A DNA stretch of 64,000 bases from an uncultured Candidatus Actinomarina sp. (GTDB lineage Bacteria; Actinomycetota; Acidimicrobiia; Actinomarinales; Actinomarinaceae), in contig CACKFQ010000001.1 of the NCBI GenBank assembly GCA_902599555.1, positions 2,763 to 66,762 of the forward strand. The letters run 5' to 3'. Below the pieces are notes generated by a model. It was given only the letters and a program-made list of their open reading frames with translations. It had not been told where the DNA came from and searched no databases. Positions 9,667-19,382 of this stretch are shown one piece after another. The number at the start of each line of letters is the position of its first letter. Position 1 is the first letter of the stretch. Both the position numbers and the translations under genes were made by a program.

Positions 9667-11024
9667 TTTTTCTTTTTCCTATCAACATATCCTTCGACAT
9701 TTTTTTGATTATTTCTCTCAATTCCTAATGCTTTTGATGGAACGTCCTTAGTGATAACTGAACCTGCTCCAATCATAGATTCCTCTCCGATTGTAACTGG
9801 CGCAACTAACATTACATCTGACCCAATAAATGCACCATCTTTGATCTCAGTTTTGTGCTTTTCTTTTCCATCATAATTTACAGTAATTGCGCCTGCAGAA
9901 AAATTAACATTCTCCCCTAGCTCAGCGTCCCCAACATAAGCAAGGTGAGGTACTTTGCTTCCTTTTCCTATTTTTGATTTTTTAGTTTCTGCAAAAGAAC
10001 CAACTTTAACCCCCTCACCAAGTTCAGATCCTGGTCTGATGTGAGCAAATGGTCCTATTTTTCCATTTTCTTGGATTGTTGATTGATCTATTACAGAATT
10101 TACGACTGTTGAGTTTCTTCCAATACTGGAGTCGCTGATTTGTGCATTTGGACCAATTACGCAGTCTGTATCGATGCTAGTTTTACCAGTTAAATGAGTG
10201 TTAGCTAATATTTTTGCTCCAGAGGATATAGTTACTTCAGAGTCAATATAAGTGGACGTAGGATCTTGAAAATAAACACCCTGCTCCATGAAATCTTCAA
10301 TTAATTTTTTCTGCATTATGTCTTCAACTTCGTTTAGTTGACTCATAGAGTTTATTCCTTTAATTGAATCTTCATCTACTTGTACTATAACGATATCTTG
10401 TTTTTGATTATTTGCAATACCTATTAAGTCAGTTAAGTAAAATTCTCCTTGAGCATTTTTAGTATCTAGAGAGTCAATATTATCAATTAAGAAATCTGTA
10501 TTAAAACAATAAATACCTGAATTGATTTCATTAATTTTTCTTTCATTATCATTGCAGTCTTTTTCTTCCATAATTCTTATCTCTTCATTATTTCTAATAA
10601 CTCTTCCATACCCATGTGGATTTTCCACTATAGAAGTAAGGAATCCTACGGATGAAGATTTAGTTTTTACTTCGCTTATAAGATTTTGGATATCTTTAGC
10701 ATCAATGGCTGGAACATCCCCTGGAACAACTAATGTAAATTCAGATTTATTTTCAACAAATATTTTATCGTTAACAACAGTGGAAACTGCATGTCCTGTA
10801 CCTAATTGATCTTTCTGTAATATATATTTTTTTGAAGGAGGTAATGAATCTATAACCATATCTGCTTCATGCCCTACAACTACGTATTGGTTTTCAATAA
10901 AAGAAAGCGTATCCAATGAATGAGCGAGTATTGGTTTGCCAAGAACTTTGTGTAAAACCTTAGGCAAGTTGGACTTCATCCTAGTCCCTTTACCTGCTGC
11001 TAATACTACGACTGATACACTCAT
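9663..11024 (-). CDS. glmU: Bifunctional UDP-GlcNAc pyrophosphorylase / GlcN-1-P acetyltransferase
   Basis: LAAGKGTRMKS..PKVLH, QLGTGHA, hexapeptide repeats, HLAYVGDA, NYDGKEK. Confidence 0.97.
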   Translation of the reverse strand: MSVSVVVLAAGKGTRMKSNLPKVLHKVLGKPILAHSLDTLSFIENQYVVVGHEADMVIDSLPPSKKYILQKDQLGTGHAVSTVVNDKIFVENKSEFTLVVPGDVPAIDAKDIQNLISEVKTKSSSVGFLTSIVENPHGYGRVIRNNEEIRIMEEKDCNDNERKINEINSGIYCFNTDFLIDNIDSLDTKNAQGEFYLTDLIGIANNQKQDIVIVQVDEDSIKGINSMSQLNEVEDIMQKKLIEDFMEQGVYFQDPTSTYIDSEVTISSGAKILANTHLTGKTSIDTDCVIGPNAQISDSSIGRNSTVVNSVIDQSTIQENGKIGPFAHIRPGSELGEGVKVGSFAETKKSKIGKGSKVPHLAYVGDAELGENVNFSAGAITVNYDGKEKHKTEIKDGAFIGSDVMLVAPVTIGEESMIGAGSVITKDVPSKALGIERNNQKNVEGYVDRKKKK

Positions 11025-11035
11025 TTATAAAATAC

Positions 11036-11110
11036 TGGCTGGGGGAGAAGGACTCGAACCCTCAACGTTGGGACCAAAACCCAATGTGTTGCCAATTACA
11101 CCATCCCCCA
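11036..11110 (-). tRNA. tRNA-Gln(TTG), CCA encoded
   Basis: Reverse complement TGGGGGATGGTGTAATTGGCAACAC-ATTGGG-TTTTGGT-CCCAAC-GTTGAGGGTTCGAGTCCTTC-TCCCCCAGCCA; anticodon TTG, U1-A72 pair. Confidence 0.97.
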
Positions 11111-11127
11111 TTTGTTATAAACTTATA

Positions 11128-11940
11128 TTAATCATCATTCTGATACAAACTACAATCAATTTTTTTACAATATTGAATAAAATTAAAATTTACATTTTCA
11201 GGTTTTAATTCTTCTCTTGCTTCGATAAAAGAAAAGAAAGATGATCCGCTTCCAGACATAAAAAATTTATTCTGGTATTTTTCTTGAAGACCATCTCTCA
11301 AAGATACGAGTTCAGGATATACCTCAGTAGCAGCTGGCCAAAGATCATTAAAAATCTCAATTGCATTCCAAGTATATGTATCCCTATTTTTAGAATCCAA
11401 GGTATCAAATGTATTAAATACGTCCTTAGTGCTCAATCCAACTTTGGGTATTGCAATTAATAAATCTAAGTCAGAATTTAAATCTAATGGTTCTACAATC
11501 TCACCAATCCCATTAATTACTGCAGAAACACCTTGTATAAAAAATGGAACATCGCTACCTACTTTACGAACTATTTCAAGATTTGAAGGTAAATCTAATT
11601 CATAATTATCACAAAGATAGCGAATTAGTGCTCCTGCGTCAGAACTTCCACCACCAAGTCCACTATTGTATGGAATTTTTTTATCTATATAAATATCAAA
11701 GCTTTTATCGAAAGAAGGGTTATTTTTCCTTATAAGTTTTAAAGCTTTATGAATCGTACTTTCAATATTGTTGAGATTTCCATCACTGAATTTGATATTT
11801 TCACTTATTGATTCTTCGATTTCTATATCGTCATATAAATCAATAGGTATCATCAAAGAAGATAGTTTATGTAAACTGTCTTGTTTTTCAGAAAAAATTT
11901 CTAAATTTAAATTTATTTTTGCAGATGTTCTTAATTTCAT
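11128..11940 (-). CDS. ispE: 4-diphosphocytidyl-2-C-methyl-D-erythritol kinase
   Basis: AKINL.L, KKIP..SGLGGGSSDA, GSDVPFF, MSGSGSS. Confidence 0.95.
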   Translation of the reverse strand: MKLRTSAKINLNLEIFSEKQDSLHKLSSLMIPIDLYDDIEIEESISENIKFSDGNLNNIESTIHKALKLIRKNNPSFDKSFDIYIDKKIPYNSGLGGGSSDAGALIRYLCDNYELDLPSNLEIVRKVGSDVPFFIQGVSAVINGIGEIVEPLDLNSDLDLLIAIPKVGLSTKDVFNTFDTLDSKNRDTYTWNAIEIFNDLWPAATEVYPELVSLRDGLQEKYQNKFFMSGSGSSFFSFIEAREELKPENVNFNFIQYCKKIDCSLYQNDD

Positions 11941-12728
11941 TTTGTTTCCTCAGCAATTAATAAAAAATCCTCTGGACTCAAATCGGACGCACGTAAATTT
12001 GCGTCTAAATTGAGTTTGCTAAGTTTATCTTCATTGACTATCGAACTTAATGAACTTCTAATCTTTTTTCGTTTCTGCTGAAATGCAATTTTAGATATTT
12101 CAAAAGCTTTTAACCTAATATCCTCATCAAACAAACTCTCTCTTTGAATAGTGACTACACTTGAGGTAACTTTTGGTTGTGGATAGAAGCAATTTTTTGA
12201 GACATCGAATTGTATCTTTGTTTCCGTAAACAACTGGAATAAAACTGAAAGCGATCCATAATCCTTTGTTCCCGTTTTAGCAACCATTCTCTCGCCAACT
12301 TCCTTTTGGACCATCACTACATATCTATGGATCACAGGAACTTCAGTAATAAGATTTACCAATAAACGTGTGCCGATGTTGTAAGGCAAATTAGAGACAA
12401 ATATCCACCAAGGTCCAGTTAAAGTTTGATAATCAAACCCCATTGCATCCTGATTGTAAATTTCTATATTTGGTATTTCCGAAAATCTTTCATGTAATAT
12501 ATCTGATGCTGCTTTATCTACTTCTACAGCTTTAATCCTGTAATTGTCTTTAAGTAATTCATTAGTTAACGAGCCGGTCCCTGGGCCTACTTCTATAATT
12601 GGATCAGCCAATTGGCCCTGGACTAATTTAGTGATTTTTCTCGAAATGTTTGTGTCTACTAAAAAATTTTGTCCAAGTTTATATTTTGGTTTATTTTTTA
12701 ATTTCTCTATCCAAAAATATTCACTCAT
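11937..12728 (-). CDS. rsmA: 16S rRNA m6,6A dimethyltransferase
   Basis: LGQNFL, EVGPGTGSLT, SNLPYNI, MVQKEV.ERM, PQPKVTS. Confidence 0.95.
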   Translation of the reverse strand: MSEYFWIEKLKNKPKYKLGQNFLVDTNISRKITKLVQGQLADPIIEVGPGTGSLTNELLKDNYRIKAVEVDKAASDILHERFSEIPNIEIYNQDAMGFDYQTLTGPWWIFVSNLPYNIGTRLLVNLITEVPVIHRYVVMVQKEVGERMVAKTGTKDYGSLSVLFQLFTETKIQFDVSKNCFYPQPKVTSSVVTIQRESLFDEDIRLKAFEISKIAFQQKRKKIRSSLSSIVNEDKLSKLNLDANLRASDLSPEDFLLIAEETK

Positions 12729-13501
12729 TAGGTTTCTCTATTCATTACTTTATTTGTGTTTGTAATTGTAATCTTGGAAAGTTCATTAGGTGTTACGCCA
12801 AGAAGCTCTGCTAGCTTTGCTCCAGTAAATTTAATATACGTTGGATTATTTCTTTTACCTTTAAATGGTTGTGGGGCTAGATAGGGAACATCTGTTTCTA
12901 AGAGTATCTTGTCTATTGGGATGTTTTTTACTGCAGCTTGTAGATCATGTGCAGTATCGTAAGTTACGATTCCTGAAATTGAAAAATAGACACCAAGGTC
13001 AATAAATTTTTTAGTCCACTTATTTCCCCCAGTCCATGAATGCAAAATAATCGGATTAGTAGTTTCTCTGGTGCTTAAAGTATCAAAAACATCTGAAAAG
13101 CTATCCCTGCAGTGAATAATCAAGGGTTTATTTAATTCTTTCGATACATCTAAATGAAATTCAAAATTTTTAATTTGATTTTCTTTAGATGACAAATTTC
13201 TATAGTAATCCAGGCCTGTCTCACCAATTAAATCAGCATCCTCCATTAATACTTGTAACTCATTTTTTATATCTTCTAATGAGTCAGCTTCATGAGGATG
13301 AAGTCCTGCTGACCAATAAGATTTTTCTGGATAAATTAGTGAGAACTCTTTGGCTTTTAATGAAGATGGTACATCTACACCAGGAATGATAAAGTACTCT
13401 AAATTAGATATATCTTCTTCATTTATCTCATCACCCATCAACTGTAAATGACAATGGGTATCTACCCACTTTATATCCTCTAATGTTTCCATTTTATTCA
13501 C
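12728..13501 (-). CDS. tatD: TatD family hydrolase/nuclease
   Basis: DTHCH, GLHPH, IGETGLDYY, IIHCRD, LHSW, LETD.PYLAP; true start may be ATG 13492. Confidence 0.93.
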   Translation of the reverse strand: MNKMETLEDIKWVDTHCHLQLMGDEINEEDISNLEYFIIPGVDVPSSLKAKEFSLIYPEKSYWSAGLHPHEADSLEDIKNELQVLMEDADLIGETGLDYYRNLSSKENQIKNFEFHLDVSKELNKPLIIHCRDSFSDVFDTLSTRETTNPIILHSWTGGNKWTKKFIDLGVYFSISGIVTYDTAHDLQAAVKNIPIDKILLETDVPYLAPQPFKGKRNNPTYIKFTGAKLAELLGVTPNELSKITITNTNKVMNRET

Positions 13502-13531
13502 TACTATATAAGGATAGGATTATATAAATTT

Positions 13532-13770
13532 ATGAGTAAAGGCAACTTAATTAAATTGACAATTTAGGCCGTGTTGTTATTCCTAAATCTATAAGAAAAG
13601 CATTAAATATTGAGAATAATGACGAAATATCTTTGTATGTTGAGGGTGAAAGCTTAGTTATTAAAAAAGGCCACAGATCATGTTTTCTGTGTGACTCAAA
13701 AGAAATAAAACATCAAATTGGTACAAAATTTATATGCACTGATTGTGTCAACAATATCAAAGATCTTTAA
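13532..13770 (+). pseudogene. abrB: AbrB/MazE/SpoVT-family regulator with C-terminal CxxC..CxxC, interrupted by a 1-nt deletion near 13552-13556 (real lesion or sequencing error)
   Basis: MSKGNLIK, then after a frame change IDNLGRVVIPKSIRKALNIENNDEISLYVEGESLVIKKGHRSCFLCDS...FICTDCVNNIKDL*; span is 239 nt = 240-1. Confidence 0.8.
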
Positions 13771-14569
13771 TCTTTTCATATAGTTCATTAACCGACATAT
13801 TTGATACGTAAGCTAAGGATTTGGCTATTTCTCTTTTTGGTACCTTTTGATCTAATAATATTTTTACAGCAGAATCAATATCCAAATCTATTTTTTTATC
13901 AATTTTTGAAGGACCTATAACTATTGTTATTTCACCTTTCAAGTTTTCTGAAATTTGATTTTTTAAGCTGTTTACCGTCCCTCTGTATATAGTCTCAAAT
14001 TTTTTAGTCAGCTCTCTACATATAACAATCTCTGAATCCAATCCCTCTTTTTCAAAATAATCTAAATCTTTTAGGAGTCTTTTTGGAGATGTAAAACAAA
14101 CTGATGGCATTTTAGAATTTAGCAATTTAATAACAAATTCTTCCTTTTCTTTTCCTGCTTTTGGAACAAAACCTAAAAATTGAAATTCATTCAATTCAAA
14201 ACCTGAAACTACAAGTGCTGTCAAAACGCTTGAAGGACCTGGAATAGAAACAATATTGTAATTTTTTTGTATCAATTTTTGAATTAATACATTGCCTGGA
14301 TCAGAAATAAGAGGTGTTCCAGCATCAGAAATTAATGCTACATTCATACCTTCACTAAGTGTTGCCTCTATTTCACTAATCTTATTTACTTCATTACCAA
14401 CAAAATATGATTTTAAAGGGGTAGTTATAGAAAAGTTATCAGTTAGCTTTTTTGCCCTTCTTGTATCTTCACAATAAATCACATCGACAGAAGCTAATGT
14501 TTTCACAACACGTTCAGAGATATCTTCTAAATTTCCAATCGGTGTTGGACAGATGAAGAGAGTACTCAT
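13757..14569 (-). CDS. rsmI: 16S rRNA C1402 2'-O-methyltransferase
   Basis: PTPIGNLEDIS.R, CEDTR, LISDAGTPLISDPG, RELTKKFE, GEITIVI. Confidence 0.95.
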   Translation of the reverse strand: MSTLFICPTPIGNLEDISERVVKTLASVDVIYCEDTRRAKKLTDNFSITTPLKSYFVGNEVNKISEIEATLSEGMNVALISDAGTPLISDPGNVLIQKLIQKNYNIVSIPGPSSVLTALVVSGFELNEFQFLGFVPKAGKEKEEFVIKLLNSKMPSVCFTSPKRLLKDLDYFEKEGLDSEIVICRELTKKFETIYRGTVNSLKNQISENLKGEITIVIGPSKIDKKIDLDIDSAVKILLDQKVPKREIAKSLAYVSNMSVNELYEKIKDL

Positions 14570-14573
14570 TCTT

Positions 14574-15971
14574 TTAGAAGTCGGTTAATTGGTTACTAAT
14601 TGAATTTATTAACTCAAAATCTTGTGAGAGAACAAGTCTCATAGAACTTGTGTCTTTAGAAATCCAAAAATTAGTATCTCCAACATACAGAGTTCCACCG
14701 GCAAAAGGTTCTGAATTACTAAATCTTGCCTGTGAATCTGCCCATAATAAAAACGCATCATTGATTTCTTGAAGTTCGTTTTGATCATCACCAGTTATTT
14801 TTATAGTCATCAAAAGATTTCCAGAATTGTCTTCATAATCTTTCCATGCACCTCCACCTATGCCAACTGCTGCATTTATTGCATTTTTTTGACCTATCTT
14901 ATCTTGCATTAAATAAACTAGATCTAAAGACCCAAAACTTCCCTCATCAATCAATGTATACCCATCAACTTCTATAGAATCTATAATTACCTCTTCATAT
15001 CTTTCATCAGTAAAGAATTTTTCAGGTGCATAAATTTGCTCAGAAGTTGGAAGAGTATTTAAGCCATCATTTACATATCTATATAGGGCGTCGTTGAGCG
15101 CTTCCATTTTGCCATTTTTAATAATCTCTTTAGCCAAAACTGGTCCAATGTTGTAATACAGTTCAGCTGGGATATAAAAATATGATGGAAGACTTACTCT
15201 ACAAGTAATGTTAGGGATTTGTGAATTAAAAGTCTGTCTGTCGTATTCATCAAAAGAACCTGTCCATTTACCCTCTACGTAGTCTGCTTGTGCCTCCATT
15301 AATGCCACAACACCTGGATAGTATGTAAAGTCATCTAATTCGTCCATTTCTTCATACCATTTGTCTGTAGCAAAATGCTGACCTTGAAGTGAGTGGACTA
15401 ACTCGTGAACTACAACGCTTTGTTCATATAAGTTTAATTTTTTTTGATTTTTCTTAATTGGAACTCTTAAAATTTTATCTAGTAAGTTATACGAGCCTGC
15501 TGAAAAACATCTTTGAAATTCAACTTGAAGATTTAATAATTCATCTGGTGACAAATTATTTAAACCCCACATATTTTGTGAAAGAACTGCTCTCTCCCAC
15601 TCACCCTCTTCATAGTCTTCTTCAAAATCATCAAGATAGGAAAGTGCATTATATTCTTGGTAATCACTAAGTGAATAAAAATGATATTCCGGATCAGAAG
15701 TAAATTCAAGTCCAATCCATTTTTCAACAAATTTCATCAATTCTTTTATCTGATCCTGCATTTCAATGGGTGGTTCAACTAGTTCTAATCCAAACTCATC
15801 TAAGGCAAAGGGCTCTTCGACGGCAATAGTCGTTGTTGTACTCGTCGAAGTGGTTGAGCTCTCTTCAGTTAAAGGTTCGGAAGATTCAACAGTAACTTCA
15901 TCTGCTATAGGCTCTGCAGATGAACATGAAATCAAAATTAAAGTTAATAAAGTTAATGAAAATTTTCTCAT
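14574..15971 (-). CDS. Putative lipoprotein with Thr/Ser-rich linker and HExxH zinc-peptidase-like motif
   Basis: Lipobox-like ILIS|C, STTSTSTTTT linker, VVVHELVHSLQ.QHF, ALMEAQAD. Confidence 0.7.
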   Translation of the reverse strand: MRKFSLTLLTLILISCSSAEPIADEVTVESSEPLTEESSTTSTSTTTTIAVEEPFALDEFGLELVEPPIEMQDQIKELMKFVEKWIGLEFTSDPEYHFYSLSDYQEYNALSYLDDFEEDYEEGEWERAVLSQNMWGLNNLSPDELLNLQVEFQRCFSAGSYNLLDKILRVPIKKNQKKLNLYEQSVVVHELVHSLQGQHFATDKWYEEMDELDDFTYYPGVVALMEAQADYVEGKWTGSFDEYDRQTFNSQIPNITCRVSLPSYFYIPAELYYNIGPVLAKEIIKNGKMEALNDALYRYVNDGLNTLPTSEQIYAPEKFFTDERYEEVIIDSIEVDGYTLIDEGSFGSLDLVYLMQDKIGQKNAINAAVGIGGGAWKDYEDNSGNLLMTIKITGDDQNELQEINDAFLLWADSQARFSNSEPFAGGTLYVGDTNFWISKDTSSMRLVLSQDFELINSISNQLTDF

Positions 15972-16012
15972 AGGTTTTTAGATTACCTGTATTCTATTAT
16001 TTATAAAAACAA

Positions 16013-16429
16013 TTGGAGGAAAAATTGATTAAGGAATTTAGAGATTTCATCAATCGAGGAAATGTTGTAGAACTTGGTGTTGCATTTGTTATGGGTGCTT
16101 CTTTTAAGTCACTAGTAGATGTTTTCACAAAGAGATTAATTGAACCTTTAATAGGTCTAATTATTAATCTCCCAAATCTCGATAATTTAGGTCTTTTTGG
16201 AGATGTGGATCCATCTTCTGGAATGCAAGCTGGAAGTTTTGGAGCTTTCTTAGGCGAGATAATTAACTACACGATTATTGCATTTGTCATGTTTTTAGTA
16301 ATAAAAGCTTATAACCATTTTGAAGATATGGTTGATGATGAAGAAGTAGATTCTGTTGTAGTCGCTGAATCAAAAGAAGTGCAACTATTAAAAGAAATTA
16401 GAGACGGCATTAATAAAATTAGCAAGTAA
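16013..16429 (+). CDS. mscL: Large-conductance mechanosensitive channel
   Basis: KEFRDFINRGNVVELGVAFVMG, G.FL..IIN..I.AF, LLKEIRD. Confidence 0.93.
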   Translation: MEEKLIKEFRDFINRGNVVELGVAFVMGASFKSLVDVFTKRLIEPLIGLIINLPNLDNLGLFGDVDPSSGMQAGSFGAFLGEIINYTIIAFVMFLVIKAYNHFEDMVDDEEVDSVVVAESKEVQLLKEIRDGINKISK

Positions 16430-16446
16430 TTAAGTAATATAAATTA

Positions 16447-18207
16447 ATGAGTCAAAGTAACTTAAAACATTTATTTGTTTATTCACAACAGCAAAAGACA
16501 AAAGCCAAACGTGGAATTGTTTACTCAATTCTTAATAAGCTATTTGACCTTGCTCCCCCTGTATTAATTGGTGTTGCTATTGATATCGTTGTTGAGGGAA
16601 ATGAATCTTTTTTATCATCGTTTGGTATTCCTGACAGAAGAAGACAACTAGTAATTCTCGCTATCTTAACATTTATAATTTGGGGTCTTGAATCTTTATT
16701 CGATTACCTCTCTGCAGTCACTTGGAGGGGCATTTCTCAAGATATAGAACACAGTTTAAGAACCGAAACGTTTGAAAATGTTTTAAGTCTAGACATGAAA
16801 TATTTTGAAAATAAATCATCTGGAAGGCTGATGGCAATTTTAAATGATGATGTAAATCAGCTTGAGAGATTCCTTGATACCGGAGCTAATAAATTATTAC
16901 AAACAGCAACAACAGTAATTGTTATAGGAGGAACATTTTTATATATTTCACCATTAATTGCTACATTCGCATTCATACCAATACCAATTATTATCTTTGG
17001 TTCGTTCAAATTTACCTCAACTATTGCCAGCAGATACGAACGAATTAGAGAATCAATAGAAACCTTAAATTCAAACCTTTCAAACTCAATTTCAGGAATA
17101 CTAAATATTAAAAGTTTTACTAGAGAATCTAAAGAATTAGAACGAATTGAAACCTCGTCAAATGAAGTAAAGAGTGCAAATTACCATGCAATAAAATTAT
17201 CAGCAGCATTTATTCCAATTATCAGAGTTGCAATATTATTTGGATTTACAGCGACTCTATTGATTGGTGGGTTTTTAGCTCTCGATGGAGAAATTAAGGT
17301 TGCAACTTACTCAGTGCTTCTATTTATTACGCAAAGATTATTGTGGCCTTTAACTGAATTGGGTGACACATTTGATTTATATCAGAGAGCGATGGCATCT
17401 TTCAATAGAATATTTTCACTGAAAAATGAAAGCTCAGAAATTGGTAATGGAGATATAGAGTTCAAAAAACTTGAGAACAAAATTGAATTAAAGGATGTAT
17501 CGTTCTCATATGTTGATAACTTTAATGTGTTAAATAATGTTGATTTAATTATTGAAGCAGGACAAACTACTGCGATTGTTGGAAGTACAGGTTCTGGTAA
17601 ATCTACATTAATAAAACTCTTGTTAAGGCTTTATGAAATTAATAATGGTTCAATATCATTCGATTCAAATAGTTTAAAAGACATTGAACTTTCATCACTT
17701 AGAGAAAAAATTGGTCTAGTCAGCCAAGATGTATTTTTATTTGAAGGAACTGTAATTGAGAACATAGCCTATGGGGATTTAAATGCTTCAGAAAGTGAAG
17801 TATGGAATGCGGCACAAAAGTCTGAAGCCGATGAATTTATAAATAATTTGCCTCAAAAGGAAAAAACAATTGTAGGTGAGAGGGGTCAGAAACTATCTGG
17901 TGGGCAAAGGCAGAGAATATCAATAGCAAGAGCAATTCTTAAAAACCCTGAAATTTTAATTTTAGATGAAGCCACTTCATCAGTAGATAATGAAACTGAA
18001 GCAGCTATTCAAAGATCTCTTGATATTCTTAAAAAAGATAGAACTGTTATTGTTATTGCACATAGACTTTCCACTGTAAGAAATGCTGACATCATATATG
18101 TATTAGAAAATGGTTCTGTAGTTGAATCTGGTAATCATGAGTCATTGTTAGATATTGAAGGTGTCTACTCTAAACTATGGTCAGTTCAAACTGGAGAAAA
18201 AATTTAA
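16447..18207 (+). CDS. ABC exporter, fused TMD+NBD (MsbA/MDR-like)
   Basis: GSTGSGKST, LSGGQRQRISIARA, ILDEATSSVD, IAHRLST; N-terminal TM helices. Confidence 0.93.
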   Translation: MSQSNLKHLFVYSQQQKTKAKRGIVYSILNKLFDLAPPVLIGVAIDIVVEGNESFLSSFGIPDRRRQLVILAILTFIIWGLESLFDYLSAVTWRGISQDIEHSLRTETFENVLSLDMKYFENKSSGRLMAILNDDVNQLERFLDTGANKLLQTATTVIVIGGTFLYISPLIATFAFIPIPIIIFGSFKFTSTIASRYERIRESIETLNSNLSNSISGILNIKSFTRESKELERIETSSNEVKSANYHAIKLSAAFIPIIRVAILFGFTATLLIGGFLALDGEIKVATYSVLLFITQRLLWPLTELGDTFDLYQRAMASFNRIFSLKNESSEIGNGDIEFKKLENKIELKDVSFSYVDNFNVLNNVDLIIEAGQTTAIVGSTGSGKSTLIKLLLRLYEINNGSISFDSNSLKDIELSSLREKIGLVSQDVFLFEGTVIENIAYGDLNASESEVWNAAQKSEADEFINNLPQKEKTIVGERGQKLSGGQRQRISIARAILKNPEILILDEATSSVDNETEAAIQRSLDILKKDRTVIVIAHRLSTVRNADIIYVLENGSVVESGNHESLLDIEGVYSKLWSVQTGEKI

Positions 18208-19382
18208 CCAATCTCTTTTACGATGTGTTCTCCAATAGCTAAAGATGCTGTAGCCGCAGGACTTGGTGCATTCAGAACATGAAGAGATTGTTCTTTTCTT
18301 TCAAATACAAAATCATCAATCAGTGAACCATCTTTGCCAACTGCTTGGGCTCGAACTCCAGCAATCCTTGGAGTTAAATCTTTTTTAGTAATATCAGGAA
18401 TATATTTTAAAATCTCTCTCAAAAAGACATCCTTATTAAGTGACCTATACATTTCAGATATTCCTGTTGAAAAATATCTTCTACCTAATTTCCACATGCC
18501 TGGGTAAGAAATAGTTTTACTAAATTCAGATATATTAATTTTTGACCAGTCATATCCCTCTTTAGCAAATGCTAAAACAGCATTAGGCCCAGCTTCGATT
18601 TTATTATCAACAGTCTTGGTTAAATGGATTCCTAGAAAAGGAAGATCTGGATCAGAGATAGGATAAATCATATTATTAACAAAATGACTCTTCTCTTCAG
18701 CAATTGTAAAGTACTCACCTCTAAAAGGAATAATTCTTAATTCTGGTTCAATATTATCTAGTTGTGCAATGTTATCTGAATAAAGCCCCGCACAATTAAT
18801 TAAAAATTCAGAGTGAAAAACAGAATTGTTACTTTCAAGAATTTTTAAATCATTCTTGGTTTTAATTGATTTAATTTTTTGAAAATATTCTATTGTTCCA
18901 CCTAGAGATTGAAACTTTGAAGCTAATTTTTTTGTAACCACACCATAATCTACAACACCAGCTTGTGGGACATGGAGAGCATTATCAAATTTACAGTATG
19001 GCTCCAGAGTTAATATATCTGATTTTTCCAAAACTTTTACATTTTCCATACTTAATTCGGTTGCTCTTTCTTCCAGAGAAGATAACTTATTCACATCAGT
19101 GTCTACAACAATTTTGCCTTCTAGTCTGAATGGGATATTTTCTTCCTCTAGAAATTCCAGTAATAATTCTCTGCCTCTTATGCATAAATTAGATTTAAAT
19201 GAATTCGGTTTGTAATAAATTCCGGAATGAATGACTCCCGAATTTCTTCCAGACTGATGTTTTCCAGGAGATGTTTCTTTATCTAAAACAACTACACTAT
19301 TTCCTAAACTTTGAAGTTTTAATGCAACTGACAAACCGACAATACCAGCACCTACAACTGCGTGTGTATATACTTTTTTCAT
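18204..19382 (-). CDS. lhgO: L-2-hydroxyglutarate oxidase (FAD-dependent)
   Basis: GAGIVG, HQSGRNSGVIHSGIYY, PFRGEY, PFLGIH, AGVRAQA, NAPSPAATASL. Confidence 0.92.
   Translation of the reverse strand: MKKVYTHAVVGAGIVGLSVALKLQSLGNSVVVLDKETSPGKHQSGRNSGVIHSGIYYKPNSFKSNLCIRGRELLLEFLEEENIPFRLEGKIVVDTDVNKLSSLEERATELSMENVKVLEKSDILTLEPYCKFDNALHVPQAGVVDYGVVTKKLASKFQSLGGTIEYFQKIKSIKTKNDLKILESNNSVFHSEFLINCAGLYSDNIAQLDNIEPELRIIPFRGEYFTIAEEKSHFVNNMIYPISDPDLPFLGIHLTKTVDNKIEAGPNAVLAFAKEGYDWSKINISEFSKTISYPGMWKLGRRYFSTGISEMYRSLNKDVFLREILKYIPDITKKDLTPRIAGVRAQAVGKDGSLIDDFVFERKEQSLHVLNAPSPAATASLAIGEHIVKEIG

Noticed and set aside
10936-11208. 90-aa plus-strand ORF
   Set aside because: It is antisense to the glmU start and tRNA-Gln; the GEGLEPSTLG text is the reverse-complement signature of a tRNA.
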